Assembly (NCBI GenBank): GCA_903911205.1
Contig: CAIWCL010000123.1
Span: 10,819 to 74,818 of the forward strand
Length of the DNA: 64,000 bases
Reading direction: 5' to 3'
Origin: an uncultured bacterium
GTDB taxonomy: Bacteria; Planctomycetota; Phycisphaerae; Phycisphaerales; SM1A02
Part shown: piece by piece, positions 63,164-64,000 of the stretch
Numbering within the stretch: the stretch's first letter is position 1
Layout of the letters: every line of letters begins with the position of its first letter
Made by a program: the position numbers and the translations under genes
Notes under the pieces: model-generated
The model's input: only the letters and a program-made list of their open reading frames with translations
The model's database searches: none
What the model was told of the DNA's origin: nothing

Positions 63164-64000
63164 ATGTCTCGAAAGAAACTCGCAGAAGACAATATGTCGA
63201 AAAGTGCTCTTGAATCTGGACGATCGATTGTTGTGCCGATCGATTTCTCGCGCCCTTCGCTCGCGGCGTTGGCGTACGCAGCGCGAATCGCGGAGGGGAC
63301 GGCGCGTGTCATCCGACTCCGACACGCGATCGCGCCCACGCCCATCGAAGAAGCGATGACAGCCCAGCAACTGCTTGTCGAAGCCGCGGTGACACGACTT
63401 GAGGAATTGGCACGACCGCTCCGAAGCCGAGGTATCTCCATCACAACGGAGGCGCGCATTGGTGCTCCGATCGATGTTCTGGAACGAGAAATTGCGCAGA
63501 TCGAACCGAACAATTCGGAAGTTCTCGTGGTCATGGGCGATCGTGGTCAGTCGGCGATACGCCGAACATTGCTCGGAAGCGTTGCTGACAGTGCCCTTCG
63601 TCGATTGCGCTGTCCGGTCGTGGTCGTTCACGAGCACGATGAACTCTGCGAACGACTGCGCGTGGTCATCGGGTACGGATTTGAGGGCGAGAGTCAAGGC
63701 GCACTCGGTGCATTCCTTGCGCTCTTCGGGAATGCCAGATTCTCGCCTCGTGTGGAGTTGGTGCATGTGCTTCCTGAGTACGAATGGGTCGAAGGAACAG
63801 AAGTACCGCTCCTCCGTGCGCCTCCATTGGATGATGTGGAGCAACTCCGAGCGGAAGAACTCCACGCTGTTGCAGAAACGCTTCGAAAGCAGGGCATTGA
63901 CGCCACTTCAACGGTTCTCCGGGGAGAACCTACGCGCATGCTTTTGCAGCACGCATCCGACACGCGCGCCGATCTGCTCGTCGCTGGGAGACGCCCTCGT
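63164..64000 (+). CDS. tandem universal stress protein (UspA family), 3' end beyond the window
   Basis: My translation from ATG 63164 (GGGGG 8 nt upstream) is open to the window end. It reads SIVVPIDFSRPSLAALAYAARIA...VLVVMGDRGQSAIRRTLLGSVADSALRRLRCPVVVVH, then a second USP unit RVVIGYGFEGES...ADLLVAGRRPR. Confidence 0.8.
   Translation, partial: MSRKKLAEDNMSKSALESGRSIVVPIDFSRPSLAALAYAARIAEGTARVIRLRHAIAPTPIEEAMTAQQLLVEAAVTRLEELARPLRSRGISITTEARIGAPIDVLEREIAQIEPNNSEVLVVMGDRGQSAIRRTLLGSVADSALRRLRCPVVVVHEHDELCERLRVVIGYGFEGESQGALGAFLALFGNARFSPRVELVHVLPEYEWVEGTEVPLLRAPPLDDVEQLRAEELHAVAETLRKQGIDATSTVLRGEPTRMLLQHASDTRADLLVAGRRPR

Overview
High-GC bacterial chromosome segment. A DUF1559/H-X9-DG prepilin-like protein, a dockerin-tailed secreted protease and generally weak Shine-Dalgarno signals suggest Planctomycetota, possibly Phycisphaerae-like; this is inference only. 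Most of the window is core housekeeping: prfB, prfA, rpmE, smpB, dnaK, dnaE, rne, dxr, rseP, rluB, queE, ptsI, trxA, copA, nuoB and tRNA-Leu(GAG). Genes are tightly packed, and many neighbours are linked by ATGA-type stop/start overlaps. No rRNA, CRISPR array, transposase or integrase was recognised. The most interesting locus is a minus-strand three-gene unit at 55250..61110. It encodes a class I SAM methyltransferase, a SET-domain methyltransferase, and a 1401-aa single-module synthetase with the architecture of epsilon-poly-L-lysine synthetase (Pls/PosA type: A-T-[TM pair + LbH-like domain] x3). The SET stop overlaps the synthetase start, which suggests a methylated polycationic homopoly(amino acid) pathway; I do not know of a described example. 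Other notable points: (1) prfB has a programmed +1 frameshift on CTT TAA C, not the canonical UGA, and has no internal SD. (2) RNase E carries an IF2_N-like domain and arginine-rich repeat tails. (3) RluB has a (GGASR)17 tail encoded with varied synonymous codons. (4) A secreted protein carries about 12 AGNDxY repeats. (5) Two zinc-ribbon membrane paralogues are translationally coupled. (6) An ECF sigma/anti-sigma pair is split by a roughly 620-bp spacer. (7) Short tandem repeats of period 9-18 bp are unusually dense at gene boundaries, several spanning stop codons or abutting start codons. Many long ORFs in the supplied track are antisense or alternate-frame shadows typical of high-GC DNA and were rejected.
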